NCBI RefSeq assembly: GCF_002113885.1
Contig: NW_018480057.1
Coordinates: 1,606 to 65,605 of the forward strand
Direction of reading: 5' to 3'
Length of the DNA: 64,000 bases
Source of the DNA: Mizuhopecten yessoensis
Lineage: Eukaryota
In this document: positions 24,401 through 37,944 of the stretch, one piece after another
Position numbering within the stretch: the stretch's first letter is position 1
How the letters are laid out: each line of letters opens with the position of its first letter
Translations under genes and position numbers: made by a program
The notes under the pieces: model-generated
The model's input: the letters and a program-made list of their open reading frames with translations, nothing else
Databases searched by the model: none
Told to the model about the DNA's origin: nothing

Positions 24401-27400
24401 CGTATCTGCTGTCCCCATTGCAACACTTAAGATATTTTTTGTATCCGATCTTTCCTGTCCCCTACCTACATTTTCTTCCCGCCAGTGTCTCTTCTAAAGG
24501 GACAGTTTCATCCCACGTTGGAAACAATTAGACAACAAATATCAATTATTATCTTTTCCTAACGCTTTTTTGGTGGTTTAACATAAAACTGTTGGGGCAA
24601 ACATTTTTTTGCTGGATGTCGGTACAGTAGAATGAATATGTTATGTTGGTCATATATAAGGTAGATGGTTATTATAAACATGTAATATATATTTTCTATG
24701 TGTTTTATGTGTTATAGAGCAGTATGAAATAAAGGCTTTCAAAGTAACACTACAGCCTTAGTCTTGGGCCGATACAGATTAAGATGAAAATGGTCATATG
24801 ATGACCTCTTAATATGCTAATATTAGACGTAATATCTTATCTAAGACTTTAGTATCAACATATGCTGGTGTTCATGATATATCCTATGAAATTTGAAAGG
24901 CAACACACGAATGAAAACAAGTTAAAACTCGCCTCCTGCTTTTGCCTCGCACTCACGATCTACTACATCAAATCTCCTATTCGAAAAATACCAGTTGCTA
25001 TTACCATTACACCAGTGGGACCTCCTTAAAAAGAAGCTTTAATGTTGGAAAGGTCACCAGCCTAGCATCCCCGAAATATATAGGTAAATTGGAATATGTA
25101 TATGTACACACACAAAAATAAAGTATCATCGATATATGTGATGGTTTTTTTAAAGAAAAATATGACAAATATCAAAAATTTGAAAAAACCCACATATACA
25201 ATGTACTATACAGCGCTTATATTACACTTTGGTTACGAAATCAGAATGTACACGAAATATAAGCTCATTGATTGACCTAATGATTTTATAAAAAATAGCA
25301 ATAAACTATTCATGATGCCCAAGAAACAAAACCGCAAACATCTCATCCTGCAAAGTGAAAGCGCCATACCTTAATGCCATTGCCGTACGGGACCAGTCTT
25401 GTGCTTGCTGTTATGAACTTTTTCAACTGACAAGACAGGTGTCCTCCAAACGGCTCATTCTTTGATCTGGCAATGATTGTTTCATTTGTATGTAATTCTA
25501 TGGTGGTGACAGCGAAGCCTGTGGACGAGACAGGTATCCAGGATACATTTCGAGTCGTAAATTGGGCCGCTATGTCCTTTAGGTCACTGTCTTTGGCAAC
25601 AAGACCGACCTGACAAGATGTTTGGTAGGAGGGAGGAGGAGCCACAACGTACGATTTACTGTAGGACGTTACTGGTGTAGGGAAGTACATAGATGGATTC
25701 TGATTATACGTCGTCGCCTTGATATATTGTACAACAAGGATTCGGTAACTAGCGAGAATGTAGCAGAATGAACATTCCATCCAGAACTCAAGCACGTCAT
25801 CAATAGCATGACTAACAAATTTTGAATTTTTATCACATGATGTTATTTTCACGTCTGTGTTGTTTGCCGATGATATGATTTGAACTAAATCGTATCCTCT
25901 TCTAACAAGAACGTATTGCTTTCCCCAGGAAGAAATAGGAGGTAGCGATTCTATCAAATGATCAGAGCCATCAATACCGCCAACAGAGGTTCGATCTGCA
26001 CCTACAAATACTCCCACCTTGTTGTTGGACCTCACTATCACCCCGGATAGGTTAGCTTTGGACAGAAGTTGGAATGTTTGCAGGTGGAGTAAACTCAGAT
26101 GTAATTCGTCACCTGCCTTGTAGGTGCGGCCGTCGAGGTCTAGGGATCCTTTAAAGGTTGACGGGAACACAATTGAGACATTCGTTGTACCTTGGGTCAC
26201 ACCTACAACTGATATGATGCAATGGCCGTTTCCATGGCAGTATGTTAGAGCCACATGGTCAGTGCCTAACTGACTGTCGGGAAATGGAGTGAACATGTCA
26301 CCAGAGTCAATATTTGATATATCCACACAAACGATTGGTGTATTACCTTCTGTGATTATTCTCATACCTTTGTCCTCCTTACCCGTATCACGAAGACTCG
26401 CTACTGGCGTTTGGGTTGTAAGCAAGAAGCCATTCTGCCTAGTGATGTGAATGTGGAGCACGTTGGTCTTGTTTATCATTGTAAGGTTGGCGTTGTCGTC
26501 TTCAGTTGCAATGACAATTGATGTTTCGTGGCCGAATCCAAGTTGATTTGGTATAAAACAGAATGTAAACTGTTCGCTGACGGCTTGTTGAAGACCTTAT
26601 AAAACAAATGATTTATAGTGTAATTTCGATTAGAAAGTAAATACACAGTTTCTAGCGGCACATTCGACATTGCGTTTTTTTCACCATCGATGATGCGCCT
26701 TTTGAGAGCAAAATCTGAGTATCGCTGATACAACTTTTGTCTAAACTGTCATGTCTGGGGAGTTATAAAGAAGGTACGAACCCAAGTGGTTATTTCACAG
26801 CAGTTGTGATATTGTAGCTCTTTACTTTACCTATTATTATTTTTTGACAAATCTGCACAATCTTTTTCCGTTATTGCGCAAATCAAGCAGTATGAGACTG
26901 TCTGTGTTCTATAAGTAGTAAATATGAACCACTATCAACATTCCCATCGGATCATATATAAAATTCCACTAAAAGTAAAAGTAAATTACATTTAGGACTG
27001 CAGGTTAGCTTTTTTATGTAAAAAGCACTGAATGAAAAAGTGGCAAACACATTAGAAAGGTTCTTCGTTGTAGTAAAAGTACCTAATTAATCTTCACTTT
27101 GCCGATTCATACATGACAAATAAATACAAAATTCAATAAACAACCAATGTCTTTCTACATGCATGTAATGATATATCAGAGTATAGCTTTCCCTCTTGCC
27201 GCTGAATCTGACGGTCTTATACAAAATTCCATCAAAGTATAAAATGAGGATAAATGGTAACAAGGTTACCTGTTGAGAGAACCTGGACGTTAGAACACAC
27301 ATTAGATACCGTAGAAAATCTCATACCATCGGCTTATAGAAAAATACTGAAGTGTATTCTGATTATCGATAATCTGTTGTGATATTGAGATGCTGTATCG

Positions 27401-28159
27401 ATAGGTGATTTTTTGAAGAATGGGTCATAAGGGCGCTAATTCTTATAACTAACTTATCTAGACAAAAGTCATTTATAAAACAAAACTTTGGATTATATGT
27501 TATGGATTACTCAAAGCATTTAACATTTTAACGAAACAGCCTCAGCTGAGGGAGCTAATGTTTAACAAACACACCTACTAGAACAGAAGAAAAAAAACTC
27601 CCATCTTTCCCCATCCTCCGTATTTACAAGACCGTTCTGTGTGTAGCTTATCCGTTAGTGTAATTTTTTGTTTAGCAGGGTAACGTTTCGAGAATTTACC
27701 TTACCCTCAACTTTGACAAAGTTCTTGATTACCAACCATGCATACTGTCTAAATTTTACACGATCGAGGTGTCGAAGAATTTGTCACCATAGAAAGCTAC
27801 CAATCTATGGAAAAGACAATATTTGTTTCCTAAAATAACTGACGACGCCCGAGCACTATTCAATTTTAAAGCAGGTTTATCATTCAGAAAAACAAGTTAT
27901 TGATTCAGTCAACACCAACATATCATCTTTTAAATTGCGCAACAAACGCAACCTCGAATGCGCCGTTTGGACGCAGTGGAATGTTTTCAATGTTTCAATT
28001 TCAATGTTTCACGAAGCAGTGCATACAAAGTAACACTGTTTTATACACAAGATTCAAAAGAACAAAACGTTTTAACTGAAATAAAACAAAACAATCCATA
28101 CTTATGCTGGCAAGTATAATCCCAGATATGAACGTGTAGTACATTCTGGACTCAGACAT
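21426..28159 (-). CDS. IgGFc-binding-protein N-terminal domain-like type I membrane protein, copy 1 (557 aa). Exons 28159-28102, 27332-27270, 26595-25370, 21752-21426
   Basis: GT-AG introns with compatible phases (1,1,0). Signal-like MSESRMYYTFISGIILASI. Large exon with SGDMFTPFPDSQLG, LQTFQL, LSGVIVRSNNKVGVFVG, DHLIESLPPISSWGKQY, ILVVQY, NPSM, PFGG (IgGFc_binding-type motifs). Last exon CPC-coiled stalk-SASDSRPSS + TM helix GIGLVGALFLACVFGSVILIDI. Confidence 0.85.
21957..22392. repeat. ~145-bp tandem repeat x3 (intronic; x2 in copy 2 at ~39858-40115)
   Basis: AAAGTAAATAATTAATGCACTAATTAAAC units start at ~21957, 22103 and 22247. Confidence 0.9.
24143..24217. repeat. 26-bp tandem repeat x3 (also ~41820-41893)
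   Basis: CGGTCGTA(A/C)GAGGCGACTTATGTGAG units, each with a GTCG..CGAC mini-hairpin. Possibly a retroelement end remnant. Confidence 0.7.
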
Positions 28160-28354
28160 TCTTTGGAAGGCCATGTTGTTTAACATACAGCCACCACGTC
28201 ACAATGGAACCGTACGGCAATGGTAGAAGACAGACATCTATGTATCTAAGTTATTTAATTGCCTTAGGAATCTTGAATAATTAATGCCTACGATCGAGAT
28301 TTATATATACGAACACTTTGCGAATCGATACTGCACAGTACATTATTAGTCAAT

Positions 28355-29594
28355 TGTGACGAGAACGTACCGAGCTAGCTGTTTGTATTTGGAAATTTCC
28401 GTTCTCCATGCTATTTACGCGCTAGAGTAGAGCTGGTCTTAACCTAGCCCCGGTCAAAACACATAATCCCGGTAGATTGACAGGCAGGGCGGGACCTATG
28501 GGTATATAAGCCTGCCGAAACGCGCGTGCATCGACCAATTAAAACCGCGCTAACAAAAACCGCACAGGTCATCTATCACGGCCTAGTCAATCATATATAG
28601 TGAACATTTTTGACACACAAATCGGCTCAGGTAGGATAGAAATTCACTCGAACCTGACCAATCGAAAACACCCCGTATTGGAACAATACTCGGCTACATA
28701 TGGGATCATCTCCCATCCCGCGACGAGCATCTAGTAAAACATGTTTACTGAAATTTTAACTACTGGTAGAATCATATTTCAATCGAAACCTAGGACCCCT
28801 CCCTCTGACTTCTGTCAGTGAGACGAAACCCACACCCACATGGGTGGAATCATGTAGGCGATAACCCACCGCGTGCATCGCCTTTCAGCGTGCATCGCCA
28901 TTCTGTGTCGGAAGCTAAACGAGAGCAGACCATTTCTTGTTTGTGTTAAGTATACTTGAGAGCGAGCTTTCAATGATGGGGTATGTCTGAATAAGACTAA
29001 TACCCATTACGATCGCTCAATCGAAAGTATCATACCTTACAAGGGCGAGTTATCATGTTGCTTCGGGTCCGCTACATTGATAAATCACGGGCACTGTGAG
29101 AGCTCGTTAGATTGCTATAGGGAGTTATAGGGACCACCGAGTGGTCAGGGTAACTCAAGTTTAGCAAGAGGAGTTCTATAGATTGTACATTACAGGTACA
29201 GGTAGTGCTGCCGAGCTATCATTGTAGCGAGACATCTGCCGAGCTATCGCTAGAGTACAGGTAGGGTGGTCGAGACCTGTGTCGCAGGCTGTGGGAGGTC
29301 AGCGAGCGATCGGCCGCGTGTATAGTGGGAGCGCTCAGTTAGGTTAGTATTAGGTGTTTTATTGTTCGATACGTAGTTATTTTGCATTAACTGTTACATT
29401 GATGTTGCTTTGTATATATCCCCTGTATGATCACAAGCAGTGATTGCTCGGACATAGGCAGTGTTGCAGAGCTCGATTAACTTATCTGCATATATTTGCA
29501 TCTATACTAGAATATTGATACACCCAAGTTGGGGTTAGGTATACTCGCTGGAATCTCCAGTGTGACTGGTACGTACCATAGGGGAAACGTCACA
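28355..29594 (+). mobile_element. Solo LTR (Gypsy-like, 4-bp TSD), copy 1
   Basis: TGTGACG...CGTCACA termini; CAAT duplicated at 28351-28354 and 29595-29598. GC box GGGCGGG, TATATAA (~28503) and CCAAT motifs on the + strand. Confidence 0.8.
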
Positions 29595-31019
29595 CAATCA
29601 AGAAATATATGCGAACCCATTCTGTCATGAAATGTATTGATAACATATTGTATTGGCTTTAATATACTGATTAAAGTCTTTCAATCGATCAATAAAGAAA
29701 TATACTAAATGATGTTTATGTTCAAGATTTTGCAAATAACATCAGATGCATTTTGTTCAAGTGTTTCAGTTGATAAATTTATAGGTGATGGTACATGTAT
29801 TTGTGTTCAAGAATTTCAATCAGTTCATGTTAATTATACCAGATGGCGCTATTTAACCTCTATTTCTATTCAGAATGCGCTTTCAAACATGAGAGCTTTA
29901 TATTCTTTTATTTTAAATATTTAGTTTTCTTCATTTTTGACATAGCAAGATTTAGAAAGACCTTTGGAGCTCTTAAAGCTCCTAAATGTAGTAGGATGTA
30001 TTGCCATAAAGACACATATGTGGGCGCAAAAGGTTGACAATTCAGTAATTTTGCATTTCGTTTGAATTTTGGTATTTCGCAGGCAGATGAAGTCAAGAAC
30101 TTGTCCTTTATACCGATATTAGACCTCACTTACATCACAGTCACTTCTCGTGAACTTGTCCGGTATATAATTATCACGCTTGCGTAGAGCCTGCAAAACA
30201 AACAAGTGTGTGTGACGCTACTACTTGTGACAGTATGTGTATATAAAAAATATACATATATACTGCAATAACAAGTATATATACCAGCGGGGAAAACGAA
30301 ACTGTGCATTTTTCTCTTTCCCTCAGCGACACAGGAACACACCATGCACTATTTTGGCAACTGGTGAAACACAATTATTGATTGGGTTTAAATAAACAAT
30401 TACAAAATTGTAATGTGAAGCTTAGTTAAAACACCGCTGACAAGTTCATGTATCCGGCAACTATGGAGTGTTAGGCAACCAATGTTAACGGCTAGGGTCA
30501 GTAAGCATTTGTGTATTTGGGTTAAACGCTGTACAGATAGAAACGTTCGATAAAGGATCGCTCATTCTGGTTAATGTCCATAGGACCCCACCGTGGGCTA
30601 TGAAGAACATTGATACAAAATCGCCTAAACTGAAATTTCGGCCAGGGATTGGGTTGTTCCGATGTCTGATATACGTAAATGAACTGTAACAATCAAAGCA
30701 ATACCACAGGTTCTTTAAGAAGGCATGCGTCTGCGTATAATCTTAACCTGTCACGTGTCAATATTACAGGTATATACAATACATTCGAAGTCATAAAAAC
30801 ATGACAAATTGCATTAAAATATATTGACATCCAGCCAGTTTGATTTATGAGATATATGCATCGAATATGAATCAATATTTGTTTGTGCTTGGGTTTTGTG
30901 TAATTACTTCAAGCCACACCTGAGTGACGAATCTATATAATTATTGATAAAGATGGTGTGAAAAACGTATTTTAATTGTTGTTGAACAGAGTAGACAAAT
31001 TATGCCCTAGAACGGTTCA

Positions 31020-32121
31020 TTTTTAGCTCACCTGGCACGAAGTGCCAAGTGAGCTTATGCCGTGGCGCGGCGTCCGTCGTCCGTCGTCCTGCGTCAATAT
31101 TTTACTTTAAACGTCTTCTTCTTAATAACCGAAAAGCCTAGGGTGTCGATAATTGGCCAGACGCAAACTGGGATGAAGGGCTACGAAGTTTGTTAAAAGT
31201 AATGACCTTCACCCATTTTCAAGGTCACAGGGGTCAAATATGTTAAAAACTTTAAACATCTTCTTCTCGATAACCAAATTGCCCAGGGAGATGATATTTG
31301 GCCAGTAGCATGCTTGGGTGAAGGGCTACCAAGTTTGTTCAAATGAATGACCTTCTCCTATATTCAAGGTCACAGCGGTCAATTGTCTTAAAAAACTTTC
31401 AAACAACTTCTTCTCAATAACCAAAATGCCCAGGGTGATGATATTAGGCAAGTAGCATGCTGAGATAAAGGGCTACAAAGTTTGATCAAATGAATGACCT
31501 TCTCCCATATTCAAGGTCACAGGGGTCAATTGTCTTAAAAAACCTTCAAACAACTCCTTCTCAATAACCAAAATGCCCAGGGTGATGATATTAGGCAAGT
31601 AGCATGCTGAGATGAAGGGCTACAAAGTTTGTTCAAATGAATGACCTTCACCCATATTCAAGGTCACTGGGGTCAAATGTCTTAAAATCTTTAAACAACT
31701 TCTTCTCAATAACCAAAAGGCCCAGGGTACTGATATTGGACCTGTAGCATGCTGGGATGAAGGACTACCAAGTTTGTACAAATGAATGACCTTGACCAAC
31801 TTTCAAGGCCAAAGGGGTCAAATGTCGTAAAATCTTTAAACAACTTCTTCTCAATATCCAAAAGGCCCAGGGTACTGATATTGGGCCTGTAGCATGCTGG
31901 GATGAAGGGCTACCAAGTTTGTTAAAATGAATGACCTTGATCCACTCTCAACCTGATGTCCTTGTACGACATTCAAGGTCAAAGGCGTCATATGTTTAAA
32001 TCTTTTTCTTATGAATCAAACACTGATATTCTGCCTGTAGCTGTATTTTAGTCCACTTTTAAGATTACAAGTGTGAGACTAATACCAGGTGAGCGATGCA
32101 TGCCCATTGGGCCTCTTGTTT
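31020..32121 (+). mobile_element. Helentron-associated MITE with ~120-bp internal tandem array
   Basis: TTTTTAGCTCACCTGG / CCAGGTGAGC subTIRs, GGCAC-GAA-GTGCC hairpin, (CGTC)n block, ~6-7 units of ~120 bp, 3' GCCCATTGGGC palindrome + CTTGTTT. Confidence 0.9.
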
Positions 32122-32846
32122 AATATACATTTCAATACCCATTAGAGAGAAAAACATTTGCTAGTTTTAGAAATGAAAACAAAATCATGAAGTGGGGAAG
32201 GGCCATTTTCATTTTTATATCCCGATTTCTAAAGCAACATTTCAAAGAAACAAGTATTTTAAACTATCATACTATTCACATTTAATTGTGACAGTTTGAT
32301 TGACAATAAACATAAAATGGTTGTTCACGTATACCCGTGGCTATACAATTAAACTATAATGTCCGGTGTTTTTACTTTTCAAAGTTCGCGATTATGAGAA
32401 AAGCAAATTGAATGAAAGTGTATGTGTTCCATGTCTACGTGCTCTAATACTACACCAAACTCGTAACGTTACATGCGGTCACATAATTAAACTGGCTCTT
32501 ACGTCATATAATTTCGTTTTAAATCGAGTAATATATTGAGTTTCATTCTGTGTAGCCGCTGTGCTATATGCGTATCTTATATACGTCTTACATCCCTGCC
32601 ATATCAGAATCCCCCTCCGATGTAATTTTTACGTAAATAGTGATTTGCCTTCGTCCTTTCTTCAACCTAAATTGGTAGAAAATTGTATTAGGTATGACAT
32701 TCAAGCTAAAAATCACACTGTCAGACGTGCTCATTGAAGTGAATCAGAAATATATAGAAGGGGTGTAGCTCCTGAACCCTAGTTACTGTTACATGGACCA
32801 GTGACCAAAAACGTGCCACTCTGACGTCACAAATACCACGTGACCT

Positions 32847-33370
32847 GCTCAAGCCAGTTTGGGTTTAGAAAGTGAAGCCATTTATTGTGTAGGAAGGGGT
32901 GGTCTACTAGTTGAATTGCATATGAACATATAAACAAATTATGTTTACCACGGAATATTGTTATACCTTTTATGGAGTTAAACATGCAAGATGCAAATTT
33001 AAGATCAACACTTTTTGATGTTTATATAAATGACATTTTAAATGAATTAAGCAATAACCCATTAATTCTAGGATGTTGTAAATCTTCTCTTAGCAAATGG
33101 TTTGCAAAAGTATTTGGATAAACTAGAACAATACAGTTCTAAATTGCAATCGTCCATTAAGCCCAACAAAATGAAAACAATTTTTAGTCAACAAACACAT
33201 CTCCAAAGGTTGTAATAAACCATTTTTATTTCAAAATATTTAAACAAGTGACTGAATTCAAATATTTATGTACAACACTCTACAGCAATGGTAAATTCAC
33301 ACTTATAGCCAAAAACTTACTGCAAAGAGTAAAACGGTTTTATTTGCCATTAATCAATACCTTTACTATA
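32847..33370 (+). pseudogene. Duplicated, further-deleted LINE RT fragment
   Basis: Paralog of 14914-15600. Confidence 0.7.
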
Positions 33371-33924
33371 TTTTAGATTGGTCAATTAGACCTAGGTATT
33401 AGAAGAAATGTTTAGTTTCCTACTCAGACATGTTGATTATTATGAGATATCTTTCGATGACCACAATAGATTAAATGCTAAAATATAACTTTGAACCTAA
33501 TCTCAGTCCCAGATAAACTCCTGCAGGTTAACCTAAACATATGTAGAATGGTTCTTGGTGTTCAATTCAATTCCAGATATTTTATTGTACAGGCTTTAGC
33601 TTATGTAAGTCTTCTCCCATTCAGGTTACAAGATGTGGTATAAGGAAATTAAATATAAACATAGGGGTTATGATAGACAGGTGGTACAATTTGACTATTT
33701 AAGAGTATGAATAATTTTGGGAATAGTTATTGTTAATTTAATTGAGTTTTGAAGAACTGTAACTGGATTGATAAAAATTCAGGATACGAAAGGTATAGCA
33801 ATTACAAACATACACAATAATACTTCTACACTACTGTAAAATATCAATTAACACACATACCCACCTTCCTAATACACACAATACATTAACATTAAAACAA
33901 ACACCAGTCGGACACGGATACACC

Positions 33925-34279
33925 CATCCTCAATACTCCAGGGGTTACGCTCACACTTTCTCTCTGCACCCCTTGAATATGTCATAACAAAATTGAAGAC
34001 ACGAGGATAGCTGTTTGATCGGTCTCAAGTAAAAATACCTGACCAATCGCTAGGTTCGTATATATCCTTTGAAGATTACAAAGGAACGACACCTGACTTC
34101 AAAGCCAGTTAATTTTACCGTTACGCAACCGACAGATTCTTTTGATGTACATTAAGGGAACGAGATCGTCTTCTGGTCTCATCCACAAGGTTGCGCACAC
34201 TGAGCCTTCAGTTTTGCTATGACACACTCCAGGGATGCAGAGAGCGAAAGTGAGCGTAAACCCTGGAATGTCGAGGATG
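33925..34279. mobile_element. MITE (355 bp) with 9-bp TSD, present only in duplication copy 2
   Basis: TIR CATCCTCAATACTCCAGGGGTTACGCTCAC / GTGAGCGTAAACCCTGGAATGTCGAGGATG. GGATACACC at 33916-33924 and 34280-34288; empty site GTATACACC at ~16155 in copy 1. Confidence 0.9.
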
Positions 34280-36069
34280 GGATACACCACACACACCCTC
34301 GTCATATACCTATATAAGTATAATCCGTTATATATAGTATGGCGTTTGCAAGTAATCAGCAAAAAAATCATCTTGGGCAGAACTAGGACACTTTCTAATG
34401 ATTGTTTTAAAAATCCTCAAGCTTTATGGCATAAAATGATACAAATGATCTTGTTAAGCAAGCCTTACAAATAAACATATAAATGTACGATAAAGGCATA
34501 TACACATACATTGATACAATTGATGAAGCAATACTAAAATGGCATATAATTTTAAGCATGACCCTTGCTATGCTAAGATAAATTAAGATTAAAAAGTTCG
34601 ATAAAAACGTTTATTTTATATTAGGTTTGTAACATAATTTTTATATTTTGTGATGTGAATAACATAAACAACACTAATACACTGTATATATACAGTAACG
34701 TTGACAAAAAAAATGAGAAGAATCGTATTGATGAAGGATTGTGAAATTATTCGTGTTCACAATATCTAACGTATGTACAGGTGTAGTTATTTTACAACGT
34801 GTTGGCTGATCGTCACCAACAAAGACGTCACTAGTTTCACTGTCCAACACTACAAACACTCAGCTGTTCAACAGTTCTTCACTTCCCATGTAATGATTGC
34901 TTTCTCTTTGTACATTCCGTTACTTCTGGTATATTCGCTTCACTCGTGCCGTTTGAATTGAGAGAGGTCAGAAACACAATTGATATCAAAATTAATTGAT
35001 GACTATTTACATGCATAAGTAAAACCTATGTATGCCTACCCTTTGTTGTTTTAACAACACATTTTTGGTGTTGCGAATGATGTACCACAAATCAATAAAA
35101 CATAGGTTCATTTTGTCCTGCATTCACAGTTTAAAGATATGCACTTAATTTAATGTTAAAAATGTTATACATTGGTAACATTATTTTTCGCATGTTAAAT
35201 ATGAGGTGATCTTAATTGCAACAACATTAAATATTTACACATGGAATTCAACATTCAAAAATACCCCTAGAATTGTTTAACTACAACTGTAGTTGTCAGG
35301 TAAAAAGTACATGCATGTCTACGTTTTGTTTTTATCTACTAATTAATGGTTTGTTCTGATCACGCATTCACCAGAACGTTCAGTGTAACCTACGATAATA
35401 CTAATGTACATTTTGTTTTTATGTTCTTTGCTGAAAGGTTTTTGTTGTAAAAGCTGGATACATTGTAAGTACTAGATACATAGTTAAGACCGAGAGATCA
35501 TGAATTATCCACGAAAGGTTTCGATTGTCACCAATTATCAGTCCCAGCTTTTGAACAAAAAAAGTGTTGTTTCTTCCTGGTACTATGAGCCATTAATAAG
35601 GAATTAGACACGAACATTTCATCCTTTGACATTTCTGCATCTGGTCAATCGTCATTCTTTAAAAAAAAAAACTCTATTTGCACAATGGTGTCAGTATTGT
35701 CTCCCATTCCTATAAAACACAGTCGTGCTTACTGGCTTGATTTCAGACTGAAGTCTACCAATGGATTCCCTCTATCGTTTGGGAGAGGACTTATATGTAG
35801 GCAAGGCACGATGTCCAATCCTGATGACTTCTTTTGTTAATAAAATATATTAAAATTGAAATTGAAATAGAATTCCTCTATCTAGTTAATCATGACGATT
35901 ATAATAGTTTCCGTAATCAGTAGTTTTTAAGAGGAAGGGTGATTAGCCCAATGCTCAACCTCATTGAGGCATGTTTTTTTCTGTTGGAGATTTCCTTCCC
36001 CTAGATGATTGTCTTGGTGGACTAATGGATGTCACCATTCAGGTTTTGAAGCAGAGTTTTCCTTAGCAT

Positions 36070-36915
36070 TTAAGACAGCGAATGTGTAGTAATAGATGGA
36101 ATAGGGGGTACAACAGAAGGATTTGGTGTAAAATCTGGTGTAAAACAGGGGTGTAATATATCAGGAGTGTTGTTCCTCTTTATAATAGACTGGATAATGA
36201 GAAAAAAACAACAGCTAGTAACAACACGGGTATAAGATGGAAAAATGACAACAAAGTTAGAAGATATAGACTTTGCAGATGGCATCGCCCTGTTATCCAG
36301 CACCAAATAACAGATGCAAGATAAAGTAAATTTAATTAACAGTTACGCAGCAAATACAGGCTTAATAATCAACACAGGCAAAACAAAAGTCATGCGTCTA
36401 AATGCTAGCTACTTCCAGGCAATCTTCATCAAAACGTAAATGAATTTGTTTACATGGGAGCAACAGTCAGTAATACGGGAGACACAAACGAAGACATCAG
36501 AAGGAATATATGATTAGCATTCCACAAACTCTGATCTGGAGATGTAACGAAATAAGCAGGTAAACGAAAATAATGCTATTCAAATCAAACGTGATAGCAG
36601 CTGCGAACCATGGAAAATGACAAAGGGAGACAAAAAACTACTTGACACCTTTCAACACAAGTGCCTCAGAAAGGTTCTAATAATGTACTGGCCGAGAAAA
36701 GTGTCCAATGAAACAGTGAGAAAAACAGTAATGGTAAATAAAATCAGCGCCTTGATAAAGGAACGTCGTTGGTAATGGTTAGGATATGTTCTAAGGACGG
36801 AAACTAACGCACACCCACGCATCACACTCGGATGGGCACCGGAAGGAAAAAGAAAGAGGAGAAGGACATGTTCATGGCCTTATTCTCGGAAAGAAGGAAT
36901 TGGGTCAAACGTAAG
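36070..36915 (+). mobile_element. RTE-clade LINE fragment, duplicated copy
   Basis: Paralog of 18860-19830. Confidence 0.9.
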
Positions 36916-36919
36916 TTAA

Positions 36920-37507
36920 TGACGGACAAAGAGTGACCTACCTAGATCATCACATGGCCAGTGTATGTATATGAGTACTGACGGACAAAGAGTTACCTAC
37001 CTAATTCATCAAAGGCCAGTGTATGAATATGAGTACTAACGGACAAAGAGTAACCAACCAAGTTCATCACTGGCTAGTGTATGTATGCGAGTTCTGACGG
37101 ACAAAGAGTAACTTATCTAGTTCATCACTGACTAGTGTATGTATGCGAGTACTGACGGACATAGAGTAACTTATCTAGTTCATCACTGGCCATTGTATGT
37201 ATATGAGTACTGACGATCAAAGAGTAACTTATCTAGTTCATCACTGGCTAGTGTATGTATGCGGGTACTGATGGATAACGAGTACTTTATCTAGTTTACC
37301 ACTGGCCAGTGTATGTATATGCGTACTGACCGACAAAGAGTAACCTACTTAGTTCATCACTGGCTAGTGTATGTATGCGAGTACTGACGGACAACGAGTA
37401 ACTTACCTAGTTCATCACTGGCTAGTGTATGTATGCGGGTACTGACGGACAAAGAGTAACTTAACTAGTTCATCACTGGCTAGTGTATGCATACGAGTAC
37501 TGACGGG
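36920..37507. repeat. ~58-bp minisatellite (10 units)
   Basis: Same unit as 19852-20150. Confidence 0.9.
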
Positions 37508-37944
37508 AAAAGGGTAATGGTTTCTTGCTTCTATGTAACTAGCAAAATTACTAAGGCACCAGCTTGAACGTTTCGGATTGTTATTGAAAACTCATTTTTT
37601 TTTATACTGGATGTGATGTATTTCGCAAATGACATATGAGTGAATTTAAACACTTATAAAAATATAATCAAATACATAAAAAGATAAAGTCAAAAAATAT
37701 GAAGATTAATTGATCATTTCTCTTATCTGTTTTTCTAACAATAGACCCGATTTCAAATGAAACCCCTGTTTAAACCGCTGGTTCCTTTTTATTTTAGAAT
37801 TAATGAGAGAAACCTCTGACATATGACGGAGAAATCTCACCCCGTGAAATGATTATCTTAATTGTCTAAACCTAAGATTGCTCCAACCCATGTGGCCGGG
37901 TGGCACAGGGATAGCACACTTGTCATTCACGTCTGGAAATTCAA

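Larger units (their letters stand above)
14914..30749. repeat. Segmental duplication, copy 1 (~15.8 kb)
   Basis: Colinear with 32847-47937 from GCTCAAGCCAGTTTGGGTTTAGAAAG to CGTATAATCTT(A/G)ACCT, with many substitutions and indels. Confidence 0.95.
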
